Notes: a model not told the origin generated them from the sequence alone. Counted from the first letter of the stretch, positions 21,120-30,855 are shown. The stretch: DNA of 32,000 nt from Candidatus Saccharimonadota bacterium (GCF_000973505.1 NZ_CP010048.1:660001-692000); one strand, 5' to 3'. Translations and numbers: made by a program.

Positions 21120-21713
21120 ATGAACGAAATGATATCATCTATAATTTTATTGTTCTTAATCATGGATCCTATCGGTAATTTACCAATTTTTATGTCAGTT
21201 CTTAAACATATAGAACCCAAAAGACGACAAATTATTGTTATTAGAGAAATGTTAATTGCATTATTGCTTATGTTAATTTTTTTATTTATTGGCGAACATA
21301 TTTTATCTTTTCTTAATCTACATACAGAAACAGTATCGATTTCTGGAGGAATCATTTTATTTCTCATTGCCATTAAAATGATTTTTCCTACCACGGAAGG
21401 TAATAACACAAACACAACAAACGGAGAAGAACCATTTTTAGTACCACTTGCCATTCCTTTAGTAGCTGGACCATCAGTTTTAGCAACATTATTACTATTA
21501 TCACACCAATATCCTGATCAATTAAATCTATTAACACTATCATTACTAATTGCTTGGGCACTATCAATGCTTATATTGATGCTTTCTAACGTATTTTCAC
21601 ACTTGCTAGGGGATAAAGGAATTAGTGCATTAGAAAGATTAATGGGATTATTACTTATAATGATTTCCACTCAAATGTTACTTGATGGCATACGAGATTA
21701 TCTCAATAAATAA
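21120..21713 (+). CDS. yhgN: MarC-family inner membrane protein YhgN
   Basis: MNEMISSIILLFLIMDPIGNLPIFMSVLKHIEPKRRQIIVIREMLIALLLMLIFLFIGEHILSFL...ETVSISGGIILFLIAIKMIFP...GEEPFLVPLAIPLVAGPSVLATLLLLSHQYP...ALERLMGLLLIMISTQMLLDGIR is near-collinear with E. coli YhgN. It is divergent from asd as in E. coli. Confidence 0.9.
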   Translation: MNEMISSIILLFLIMDPIGNLPIFMSVLKHIEPKRRQIIVIREMLIALLLMLIFLFIGEHILSFLNLHTETVSISGGIILFLIAIKMIFPTTEGNNTNTTNGEEPFLVPLAIPLVAGPSVLATLLLLSHQYPDQLNLLTLSLLIAWALSMLILMLSNVFSHLLGDKGISALERLMGLLLIMISTQMLLDGIRDYLNK

Positions 21714-21823
21714 TAGCAAAAATAAAACTTATCTACTACAATAATAAGCTGCAAAAATAATATCAACTACTGTAATTACATATTAACAATATAATATTAA
21801 AAATATAAATATAACGAATTTTA

Positions 21824-21886
21824 CATTTTATAGAAATTTACCAATAAAACATTAACAATTATTTAAAATTATTTTTCTATAAAATG
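21824..21886. repeat. Perfect 13-bp inverted repeat (cattttatagaaa ... tttctataaaatg) with a 37-nt spacer
   Basis: Read directly: 21824-21836 is the reverse complement of 21874-21886. It lies in the convergent yhgN/yigL spacer, inside a patch with atypical composition. Confidence 0.7.
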
Positions 21887-22212
21887 CATGCGATTTTAAC
21901 TTTAGTTAACATTGAAATTGTAACATTAAAATTAACTCTTCAATTAATATTTAAATTTTAAAAACTTTTATTACATTTAATTCACTCAAGCTTTAGCTAA
22001 TAATATTAATAATAAATACGATTGCCACCAATAAACATTACAACTAACATCTGAAATAACAATATGAATTTTTTTAATAACAATAAACAATATAAAAATA
22101 AAAAATTAACAAACATTATAAATTTTAAATAACTAAAAATACAAAACAACAATCATTTCATCTAATAATAAATTACATTCTATACAAAAAACAAATTAAT
22201 ACAGATACACAC

Positions 22213-23019
22213 TTAAATTCCCAAAAACAATGATTGCAAATAACGAGGCACAGCATCATCTTCATTGCTACCAATAACTTCTAAAAACGGTAATGTATCC
22301 TTTAAAAGTTGATGAGCATTACCCATAATGCATCCCTTTCCAGCCATCGCCAACATTTCCCTGTCATTCATTCCATCCCCAAAAGAAATACAATCTTTCA
22401 AACTATACCCTAAAATATCCACCACCCGTGCTAAAGTATGACCTTTAGAAACACCAATAGGCATCACTTCAAGACACATAGGTAATGAAAAACTAATATT
22501 AATATAATCACCCCAACGATGCTTCAATAAATTTTCTAACACTAGTAAACGATTACAATCTGCACTAGTAAAATATATCTTGCAAATACCATCTGTAGGT
22601 AATTCATCCTGCTGATATACTTCATACGAAAACCCAAACTCACGAAAAAAATGTTCATGATCCATCCTATCACGATTAATAAACCATTGATCATTCCTAA
22701 AAATATTAATAAGAATTTTCTCATCCCTAGATACCACATTTAATAATTCACCAGCAATAACTGGATCTAAATCATAAGACAATATCAACTCTCCCAAAAC
22801 ATTATGCACGCGAGAACCATTAGAAGTAATCATATATGCGTCAATTTTTAAACTATCACGTATTTTAATGACATTAACATGATGACGCCCGGTAGCAAAA
22901 ATAAAATGCACTCCATAAGAAGAAGTTAACAAACGTAATACATTTTTGGTGAAATCAGTTAAATTATGAGCCGGAGATAACAATGTACCATCTAAATCAG
23001 ATGCAATAATAGCAAACAT
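22213..23019 (-). CDS. yigL: HAD-superfamily Cof-type sugar/pyridoxal phosphate phosphatase YigL
   Basis: MFAIIASDLDGTLLSPAHNLTDFTKNVLRLLTSSYGVHFIFATGRHHVNVIKIRDSLKIDAYMITSNGSRVHN...GVSKGHTLARVVDILGYSLKDCISFGDGMNDREMLAMAGKGCIMGNAHQLLKD...DDAVPRYL is collinear with E. coli YigL (MYQVVASDLDGTLLSPDH...). The start is the ATG at 23019; the track start at 23025 is a TTG. Confidence 0.85.
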   Translation of the reverse strand: MFAIIASDLDGTLLSPAHNLTDFTKNVLRLLTSSYGVHFIFATGRHHVNVIKIRDSLKIDAYMITSNGSRVHNVLGELILSYDLDPVIAGELLNVVSRDEKILINIFRNDQWFINRDRMDHEHFFREFGFSYEVYQQDELPTDGICKIYFTSADCNRLLVLENLLKHRWGDYINISFSLPMCLEVMPIGVSKGHTLARVVDILGYSLKDCISFGDGMNDREMLAMAGKGCIMGNAHQLLKDTLPFLEVIGSNEDDAVPRYLQSLFLGI

Positions 23020-23508
23020 ATACAAATCCTTTATAATTATTCATTTAATATAATACCTATTTTACTAATATAATTTTTAAATTAACAATAAACAAAAATA
23101 CATATCGAACTAATCATCATTCAAATAACCACAATTACTAATAACACACATAATATACATATATTAACTTCCATACATATCACATCATAATTACATATTA
23201 AAAAATAAAATATAAATAAATAAAAATTTCATTCCTCATTCTAAATGTTTAAAATATAATAAACGTAACTATATACTCAATCAATTCTCACATAATAAAA
23301 TATCAATATAAATATAAGACACCAAATGTAAAACACTATGTCAGTAAATGACACATTATACAAATCGTATCACAGAAAAACAATCATCATAATCTTTTAC
23401 AATTAAATATTTCAAATAAACCATATTAAATAATAAAAAACAATATGATATTTATTAATTCAAATATTAACAATATAAATTATTATATAACAACATAACA
23501 CCATTATA

Positions 23509-24456
23509 TTATAACCATTTTTTGTATCTAAAATAAATATAAGGTGCTATACCAGATAATACCATTAATATAATAGCAGCAGGATACCCAAACGACCATC
23601 TCAATTCGGGCATAAACTCAAAATTCATACCATAACTAGAAGCAACCAAGGTAGGCGGTAAAAAAATTACCGATAAAATTTTAATAATTCTATTCTGTTC
23701 AATACTAATAAAATTCATAATTATTTGTATTAAAAAATGAATCTTTTTAAACAAAGATTCATTATGAAACAATAAAAAATCAATATAAGTAACAATATCC
23801 TTTGCTCCTTTATAACCAGATAAAGGTAATGCAACTTTATTAATTAAAAAATAAATCACCCGTTGAATATCTAATAAAGATAAACGAATTTTCCAACCCA
23901 ATCTTTCTAACCATGAAAGATCGGAAAGTATACCGTCATACTCACAAATTGGCAATCCATTAGTAACTACAAGACTTAAATCTTCTAAATTTTTATAAAA
24001 AACTTTCATTTTATCCGACAAATAATCAAGAGAAATTTCAAATAAAGTTAACAACAACATATAAACATTCCCTTGTACTAAAGGATACTGTTCAATACAT
24101 ATTTGATAGCAAAACAAAATAGAAATATTCCTATCACAAAACGTGTAAAGACGATTATCACAAATAACAAAAGAAATAATAACACTATTGATAAAACCAG
24201 AAGGATCTTCATACAAAAAAAATGCACGTACACATAAAACATTCTCATCACGCAAATGATACAATGTTTTATGTATATTACTAAATTTCAAAAATTTAAC
24301 TAAATTATCTCCTAATATAGTATATATCAATCTATACTCATAATCAGTGGGATTAATTAAATCAACCCAAATTGACCCAATTAATTCACTAAACTCAAAA
24401 TTTTGTATATCAATAGGATATAAATATTGATTTTTTAATTGAAACGCAACAAACAT
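23509..24456 (-). CDS. corA: Magnesium/cobalt transport protein CorA
   Basis: MFVAFQLKN...IEQNRIIKILSVIFLPPTLVASSYGMNFEFMPELRWSFGYPAAIILMVLSGIAPYIYFRYKKWL. The C-terminal third, including the GMN motif, is near-identical to E. coli CorA. The N-terminal domain is divergent but collinear. Confidence 0.93.
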   Translation of the reverse strand: MFVAFQLKNQYLYPIDIQNFEFSELIGSIWVDLINPTDYEYRLIYTILGDNLVKFLKFSNIHKTLYHLRDENVLCVRAFFLYEDPSGFINSVIISFVICDNRLYTFCDRNISILFCYQICIEQYPLVQGNVYMLLLTLFEISLDYLSDKMKVFYKNLEDLSLVVTNGLPICEYDGILSDLSWLERLGWKIRLSLLDIQRVIYFLINKVALPLSGYKGAKDIVTYIDFLLFHNESLFKKIHFLIQIIMNFISIEQNRIIKILSVIFLPPTLVASSYGMNFEFMPELRWSFGYPAAIILMVLSGIAPYIYFRYKKWL

Positions 24457-25648
24457 ACGCCATTATTTCCTTATCCGGCATAAATACAAAACTACAACAA
24501 CTAAATTTTAAAAAACACAACAATCTCAAAAGAAACTAAAATAATTTAATAATAAATAAAACAATTTTACATGCACCATCAATCAAACTAATAAAACCCA
24601 AGTATATCATTATAATTAATAACATAAATTTTATCTAGCTAATTTATACATTTCACATATAAATATTCTCAACAATAAATAAACATATACTAACTCACAT
24701 AATCATAAACATCCAAACATCAATATAAAATATATATACACCATTTCACTAATTAATATACCACCCAAAAATTAAATATACTAAAACAATACTTATATTT
24801 AAAATATCTAATATATTCATTGTCAATATTATTGAATTCTCTTAATCAAAATAAAAGTCAAATCATTCAAAATTATTTTCAAATAACATAATTAAACATA
24901 TTGAACAAATAAATCAAAAAATTCTATTAATTATTCCAAAACAACAATTTTAAAATATATAAAATCATTTTAAAATCACTAATATTTACTAAATATACCA
25001 TAAAAAATAAAATAACTATAATATTTAATTAATTACTAACTTTACACAACAATCAATCATAAAAAAATAAACAAAAAATATACCGACATAACTACATTGT
25101 GTACATTAAAAAAATCAAAATTACAATAAAAATATTAAATATAATAATCTTAAATTGATATATAATTCATGAAAACTTTAAAATAAAAATGTCATAAAAA
25201 TAATCTAATCCTAAAAATTAAAAATTTGAAAATAACAAATAATATATTATTATCAACTAATAATAATACACTCTACTAATATTATATAATAATGAACAAC
25301 TATCAACTATCCACATAATATACAAACACAAAAAAAACGAAACTATTGTTATTCATAATCTATACCTACAAACAAATAATTTACCAACTACACAACTAAC
25401 ACACAATCACAAAAAACATTTACACACTATTCAAAAAACAAATACCAAACAAAAAAAACAACAACACAATACACAAATAAACAATATTCAGATAAAAATA
25501 ATAAAAATACATAACATAATAAATATCAAATTTTAAATAATATACTTTAATATTCAATACTTTACTATAAAGAAAGTACCAGTAAACATTATCAACATAT
25601 ACGCAAATACTAACATAACCCCTATAAACAATAAACAAACTTCACTGA

Positions 25649-26371
25649 CTACAATAAATTTGTCAATGAAAATAAAGATGAAATTTTTACATGAGGAGAA
25701 AAGTGTCTACTAATACCATAATAAACAGGCACGTAATTAACATATTCATATATCCAACAAGATTGCATACCAGAAATAATTGCCCCCATAACGTCCATAA
25801 TCAAACTATCACCAATATGTAAAATATTCTTACAAGGCAACCCCAACTTTTTAGCTGCCAAAGAATACATATCTCCATAAGGCTTGGCTTTCCCATCCCT
25901 TCCTGCACGAAAAATATAAGAAAAATAACCTGACAACCCACAATAATCAGGATCCAAATTACCATTGGTAATAGCCACTAACGGCCACCTAGAAGCTAAT
26001 TCTAATAATACATTGCACACATTTACCGATATATTAACTTGACTACGCCAACGAATAATAATATCCATAGCACAATCCGAAGCAAAACCAGCCTCTCTTT
26101 TACTTAAACCAAAATTCAATAACATTAATTCTAACGATCTCCATCGCCAACACGTTACATCATGACAACCATTAGGATCTTGTTGATATAGCCACAAACG
26201 AAACTTATCACAATCACCTTGCTTGAGATTACATAAAACAGGATGATACCTTTTTAAAAACAATAATGCCTGATGCTCTGCATATGCAATAACCGAACGG
26301 TTATCATATAATGTATTATCAAAATCAAACGATAATGCAAATATTGGATTTAAATCACAACAAAAATACAT
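25649..26371 (-). CDS. yigB: HAD-family phosphatase YigB (in E. coli a 5-amino-6-(5-phospho-D-ribitylamino)uracil phosphatase of riboflavin synthesis)
   Basis: MYFCCDLNPIFALSFDFDNTLYDNRSVI...YHP...WPLVAITNGN...YF...RAG..GKAKPY.DMY.LAAKKLG.P...ILHIGDSL..DV.GAI.SGMQ.CWI is collinear with E. coli YigB (ALTFDLDDTLYDNRPVI...WPLVAITNGN...). The start is the ATG at 26371. Confidence 0.85.
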   Translation of the reverse strand: MYFCCDLNPIFALSFDFDNTLYDNRSVIAYAEHQALLFLKRYHPVLCNLKQGDCDKFRLWLYQQDPNGCHDVTCWRWRSLELMLLNFGLSKREAGFASDCAMDIIIRWRSQVNISVNVCNVLLELASRWPLVAITNGNLDPDYCGLSGYFSYIFRAGRDGKAKPYGDMYSLAAKKLGLPCKNILHIGDSLIMDVMGAIISGMQSCWIYEYVNYVPVYYGISRHFSPHVKISSLFSLTNLL

Positions 26372-26625
26372 ATTTAATCCTTTAAAATTAATATGCACAT
26401 AAAACAAACGAAAAATGAAACACACTACCTATCATATTCAAATAAAAACAATCTGAATATAACATACACCGCCGCTTGCTTATAGCACATAAAAAACTCA
26501 TAAATATATCAAATATTTTTACTACCAATTTCTACATGTACATAACCATCTTTATAAACCATAAACATATCTCTAGATAAAATGTCTTATTAATATAAAT
26601 AAATAATTACTAAAATGACCAAAAT

Positions 26626-27483
26626 TTATATTGTATCACCAATATCTTTACTAATATATATATATCCATCATAAACATGAGTAGCCGGACCATACATGTA
26701 TAATGAATGACCAACACCCTCCCAATTAATCATTAAACTACCACCCAATAAATCTACTGCGACACAATGAGACAATAAGCCTTGTCGAATACCAACAGAA
26801 ACCGCTGCACAAGCAGCACTGCCACAAGATCGTGTCTCACCTACACCTCTCTCATGAACACGTAAACGAATATGATTATCACTCACGATTTCCATAAAAC
26901 TAATATTAGCCCTTTCAGGAAAATAATGATAATTTTCCAAAATCGGGCCAAGAACTGATACCTCAGCAACTTGTACATCTTTCACAATCAACACACAATG
27001 CGGATTACCCATAGATACCGTCCAAAATGTTATTTCACGACCAGCAATAAAAACAAAAAAAGAATCATTTAACGAATCATTACTCAAACAAGAAGACAAC
27101 GGAACTTTCTTCGAATCAAACTCAGGTTCTCCCATATCGACACATATCTCATTATCTAAAATAAACAGCATCATACGCCTAGTTTTAGTAGCAACACATA
27201 TACTTGATTTATTCGTTAATTTTTTCCTATGAACGAATTGTGCTAAACAACGCACTCCATTAGCACATTGGTACACTTCTTGACCGTCAGAATTAAATAT
27301 ACGATAACAAAAATCAACATCCAACTGATCAGAAGATTCTATAAGCAATAACTGATCAAAACCTACTCCATGGTGACGATCAGATAAAAAACGTACAACA
27401 GATGAAGACAACGAAACATATTGAGTTATAGAATCCACCACCATAAAATCATTACCTAAACCATGCATTTTAGAAAATTGCAT
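26626..27483 (-). CDS. dapF: Diaminopimelate epimerase
   Basis: MQFSKMHGLGNDFMVVDSITQ...HHGVGFDQLLLIE...YRIFNSDGQEVYQCANGVRC...SMGNPHCV...FPERANISFMEIV...IRLRVHERGVGETRSCGSAACAA matches E. coli DapF, with both catalytic Cys contexts present. The start is the ATG at 27483. Confidence 0.95.
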   Translation of the reverse strand: MQFSKMHGLGNDFMVVDSITQYVSLSSSVVRFLSDRHHGVGFDQLLLIESSDQLDVDFCYRIFNSDGQEVYQCANGVRCLAQFVHRKKLTNKSSICVATKTRRMMLFILDNEICVDMGEPEFDSKKVPLSSCLSNDSLNDSFFVFIAGREITFWTVSMGNPHCVLIVKDVQVAEVSVLGPILENYHYFPERANISFMEIVSDNHIRLRVHERGVGETRSCGSAACAAVSVGIRQGLLSHCVAVDLLGGSLMINWEGVGHSLYMYGPATHVYDGYIYISKDIGDTI

Positions 27484-28464
27484 TTTATACTCCAATAATT
27501 ATCATACTAACACTTATCATTTAACACTCGCGCAATTATTACAATTCTATAAGCTCAAAATATCAATAACTACACTATACTCAAAAAAATACTCTTATTT
27601 AAAATAACATCACATACTATATCTGATAAATCAGCATATCATATACATCATATACTAATAATCAAATACAATAATTAAATATATTTTGAAACATAAAATA
27701 CTTTAAAAATACTATACTTTTAATAATAATTGAATTATTAACAAACACAAAATTCACAATATATTATTAAATCATTTTTGTTCTAATAAAAAAATAATAA
27801 AACTCAACATAAATAATACCACTATGTACATATATATTTATTAAAAAAAATTAATATACTCAAAATAATCAAAATCTATATATTTATACATACCGTCATA
27901 AACATTAAATTAAAATATAATATCCCAATCACAATTGTATCAAAATAATATATAAACTAAAATATCGTATATTACATTAATATAAAATAACACAAAAAAC
28001 AAAAAAAGATATTTTAATACCTACAAACATAAACCATTCAATCAATAATAATATAATTAACTAATAAATTAATTATAAACTACACATTACATTTAAGAAT
28101 TTCAAACTAACACAAACACTACTTTAATGAACAATAAAACCATCTCACAAAATCCACTATACATAACACAAAAATATCACTCAAAATACATATAATATAA
28201 TAAAATTTAACATATTATAAAAAAGTATTATCATATTTTATCATAACAAAATTGCACAAAACATACCATATAACATTCATACTAATCTTCACTGCACATC
28301 AATCAAAATAAAATTAAAATAAACAAACACAAACCAACACATAATTAACACACCAAAAACACCTTATCTAATTATTTAATATTATGAAAAACCATTCAAT
28401 TTTACATAAAATATTATTACTAATAATTTTAAAACATTAACCAAAAAATCTGGTAAAATTAATA

Positions 28465-29388
28465 ATGCATCAAAAATACCTACGAATAGCCACTCGACAA
28501 AGTCGATTAGCACTCTGGCAAGCAACCTATGTGTCTAACATATTACAACAATATCATCCAAATTTAAAAATAAAACTAGTACCAATAATTACAATAGGAG
28601 ATATTTTCAATATACATAAAAAAACACAAGAAAAAAGAAAAGGATTATTCATTAAAGAACTAGAATATGCACTCCTTGAAAACCGTGCAGATATTGCTGT
28701 ACACTCAGTAAAAGATGTCACTATTGCTTTTCCACAAGGGCTCGGGCTACCAATAATATGCAAAAGAGATGATCCCAGAGATAGCTTTATTAGTCTTAAA
28801 TACCCTAATATCCGTTCCTTACCAATCGGTGCTACAGTGGGAACATCCAGTTTACGAAGACAATGCCTATTACACGAACAACGACCAGATCTGTCAGTTC
28901 AACATTTACGGGGCAATATAGATACTAGATTAAAAAAATTACACCAAGGGAAATATGATGCAATTATTTTATCAATTGCTGCTCTAAAACGATTATCTTT
29001 AGAACATTATGTTAGTACGGTAATCGAACCAGACGAATTTCTTCCAGCTATAGGACAAGGAACAATTGGTATTGAATGTCGATTAAACGATACATCCACT
29101 TTAAATCTTCTAGAACCATTACATCATAAAAAAACAGCAACATGCATTACCGCAGAACGAGCTATAAATTTACACTTACAAGGATATTGCCGATTACCAA
29201 TAGCCGGTTATGCAAAAATTGTAAAAAACAAAATATGGCTACGTGCATTGCTTGGTTTAATACACGAAAAAATAATCATTCGGAGCGAAGGTAAAGATTC
29301 TTTTGATAATGCAGAACAACTAGGATACAAAATCGCCAAAGAACTTTTATATAAAAAAAGAAAATATACTATCTATCCCCACATATAA
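28465..29388 (+). CDS. hemC: Hydroxymethylbilane synthase (porphobilinogen deaminase)
   Basis: LRIATRQSRLALWQATYV...GLFIKELEYALLENRADIAVHSVKDV...PRDSFIS...VGTSSLRRQCLL...PDL....LRGNIDTRLKKL..GKYDAIILSIAALKRL...LPAIGQGTIGIECR...ITAERAIN..LQGYCRLPIAGYA matches E. coli HemC, including the cofactor Cys. Confidence 0.95.
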   Translation: MHQKYLRIATRQSRLALWQATYVSNILQQYHPNLKIKLVPIITIGDIFNIHKKTQEKRKGLFIKELEYALLENRADIAVHSVKDVTIAFPQGLGLPIICKRDDPRDSFISLKYPNIRSLPIGATVGTSSLRRQCLLHEQRPDLSVQHLRGNIDTRLKKLHQGKYDAIILSIAALKRLSLEHYVSTVIEPDEFLPAIGQGTIGIECRLNDTSTLNLLEPLHHKKTATCITAERAINLHLQGYCRLPIAGYAKIVKNKIWLRALLGLIHEKIIIRSEGKDSFDNAEQLGYKIAKELLYKKRKYTIYPHI

Positions 29389-29417
29389 TATTCAAAAAAA
29401 ATCATTACGATAATATC

Positions 29418-30173
29418 ATGACTATTTTAATCACTCGACCCTCTCCATATGGAGAACAATTGGTATATCAACTAAATTCTGCCGGTAAAACAGCATGGCA
29501 TTTACCACTAATCACTTTCTCTCCAGGAACTGATCTATTATTATTAGAAGAACAACTAAAAACACTGTCAAATAACGATTTTCTCTTCGTGATGTCTCAA
29601 ACTGCTATTAATTATGCACACTCACGACTAATAACACTCAATATGACATGGCCAAAACAAATACATTATTACGCTATTGGATACGCTACAGCTTTAAAAA
29701 CACACAAATGTACCAAAATTACCCCAATTTTGTATCCAAAAACTAAAGAAACTAGTGAAGAATTACTACGATTGCCAACACTAAATAATAACCGAATACA
29801 AGGAAAACAAGCGTTAATACTCTCTGGCAATAAAAGACGAACAATACTACAAAAAACGTTACAAAAAAGAGGATTCCAAGTTATAAATTGTCAATCCTAT
29901 TCTCAAATACCTATTCAATATAACGGGGAAGAAAAAACACAATTTATGCTAAAAATAGGAATTACTACAATAGTAATAACTAGCCAAGAAATACTACAAC
30001 ACTTATATAACTTAATACCAAACTACCATAGAAAAACATGGCTTATAAACTGCAAACTAATAGTAATTAGTAACAGATTAGCCATACACGCTAAAATACT
30101 AGGTTGGAAAAATATTACTATCGTAACCACAACAAACAAAAAAAAACTAATAAATACACTACTAAATATATAA
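29418..30173 (+). CDS. hemD: Uroporphyrinogen-III synthase
   Basis: MTILITRPSPYGEQLV..L...GKTAWHLPLITFSPG...DFLFVMSQTAINYA...YYAIGYATA...ILYP...SE.LL.LP......GK.ALILSGN..R..L...L..RGF.V..C..Y.......G.E........I...VITS.E.LQ.LY.LIP..... is collinear with E. coli HemD (MSILVTRPSPAGEELV...). It lies 29 nt downstream of hemC. Confidence 0.9.
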   Translation: MTILITRPSPYGEQLVYQLNSAGKTAWHLPLITFSPGTDLLLLEEQLKTLSNNDFLFVMSQTAINYAHSRLITLNMTWPKQIHYYAIGYATALKTHKCTKITPILYPKTKETSEELLRLPTLNNNRIQGKQALILSGNKRRTILQKTLQKRGFQVINCQSYSQIPIQYNGEEKTQFMLKIGITTIVITSQEILQHLYNLIPNYHRKTWLINCKLIVISNRLAIHAKILGWKNITIVTTTNKKKLINTLLNI

Positions 30174-30336
30174 TAATACACAACAATAGTTATAAAAAAA
30201 ATTTCAAAAAAACACAAAACTAAACCAACTTATAATCCAAAAACAAACTTATAAAAAACTATAACAAAATACATAATAATACTGCTATTACTCTATCGGA
30301 AACTAATATTTTCGCACTTAAAAAAACTCTTAAAAA

Positions 30337-30410
30337 TCGGCGAGAGAGGATTTGAACCTCCGACCCGCTGGTCCCAAACCAGCTGCGCTACCAAACTGCG
30401 CTACTCGCCG
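30337..30410 (-). tRNA. proM: tRNA-Pro (anticodon UGG)
   Basis: The minus strand reads CGGCGAGTAGCGCAGTTTGGTAGCGCAGCTGGTTTGGGACCAGCGGGTCGGAGGTTCAAATCCTCTCTCGCCGA. It folds as a cloverleaf: acceptor CGGCGAG/CTCGCCG, anticodon stem GCTGG/CCAGC, loop TTTGGGA. It is near-identical to E. coli proM. The 3' flank is TTTTT, so CCA is not encoded. Confidence 0.95.
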
Positions 30411-30468
30411 TTTCAATCACATTGAAAATAATATATGATTACAATAAATATATTTTATCCTATAACAT

Positions 30469-30555
30469 TGCGAAGGAAGGGATTCGAACCCTTACATCTA
30501 AAACAAAGATACTAATATCTGAAACTAGCGCGTATACCAATTCCGCCACCTCCGC
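30469..30555 (-). tRNA. leuT: tRNA-Leu (anticodon CAG), class II with long variable arm
   Basis: The minus strand reads GCGGAGGTGGCGGAATTGGTATACGCGCTAGTTTCAGATATTAGTATCTTTGTTTTAGATGTAAGGGTTCGAATCCCTTCCTTCGCA. The anticodon stem is CTAGT/ATTAG with loop TTCAGAT, the variable arm is ATCT/AGAT, and the T arm is AAGGG/CCCTT. The 3' flank is ATG, so CCA is not encoded. Confidence 0.93.
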
Positions 30556-30608
30556 AAAATAAATATTTAAAATAATTCTACCCTACTTTTAATCAAAATA
30601 TATAACTG

Positions 30609-30682
30609 GGTGATTGATGGGATTCGAACCCACGACGACTGGAACCACAATCCAGGGCTCTACCTGCTGAGCTACAATCACC
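30609..30682 (-). tRNA. hisR: tRNA-His (anticodon GUG) with encoded G-1
   Basis: The minus strand reads GGTGATTGTAGCTCAGCAGGTAGAGCCCTGGATTGTGGTTCCAGTCGTCGTGGGTTCGAATCCCATCAATCACC. An extra 5' G(-1) lies opposite discriminator C73, as is typical for tRNA-His. The anticodon loop is TTGTGGT. After C73 the DNA reads CAG, so only a partial CCA is encoded. Confidence 0.95.
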
Positions 30683-30734
30683 ATTTTTTTACAATTTTAT
30701 CCTATACACCGCTATACAAGACAGACATAATACA

Positions 30735-30808
30735 CGCGTCCGACAGGATTTGAACCTGAAACCTCTGTCTTCGGAGGACAGTGCTCTTCCAAAATAAGCT
30801 ACGGACGC
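30735..30808 (-). tRNA. argX: tRNA-Arg (anticodon CCG)
   Basis: The minus strand reads GCGTCCGTAGCTTATTTTGGAAGAGCACTGTCCTCCGAAGACAGAGGTTTCAGGTTCAAATCCTGTCGGACGCG. The acceptor is GCGTCCG/CGGACGC, the anticodon stem is CTGTC/GACAG, and the loop is CTCCGAA. The order Arg-His-Leu-Pro matches the E. coli argX-hisR-leuT-proM operon. The 3' flank is TGT, so CCA is not encoded. Confidence 0.93.
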
Positions 30809-30826
30809 CAATATACCTTTATAAAA

Positions 30827-30855
30827 TATTTTAAAACTAAAGTATTTTAAAACTA
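30827..30855. repeat. 13-bp direct repeat (tattttaaaacta x2, period 16) just upstream of the tRNA cluster
   Basis: Read directly: 30827-30839 is identical to 30843-30855. On the minus strand the two copies (TAGTTTTAAAATA) end 19 nt before the 5' end of tRNA-Arg. Confidence 0.8.

Noticed and set aside
21038-21454. 138-aa minus-strand ORF overlapping the start of yhgN
   Set aside because: It is antisense to yhgN, which has a near-collinear match to E. coli YhgN. The translation is low-complexity (I/N/K-rich) with no recognisable domain.
25420-25638. 72-aa minus-strand ORF just downstream of yigB, at the former uvrD site
   Set aside because: It has a TTG start and a Y/F/V/I-rich translation typical of this strand, and I can see no UvrD motifs. 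A neighbouring short frame (MLVFAYMLIMF...) only vaguely echoes the UvrD N-terminus MDVSYLLDSL. That is too weak to call a relic.
26425-26490. Possible XerC C-terminal relic upstream of yigB (minus-strand frame MCYKQAAVYVIFRLFLFEYDR*)
   Set aside because: Only an A-x-V-Y match to the E. coli XerC tail (LASVYDAAHP). The position is right, but the similarity is within chance. It is mentioned only so that someone with tblastn can test it.
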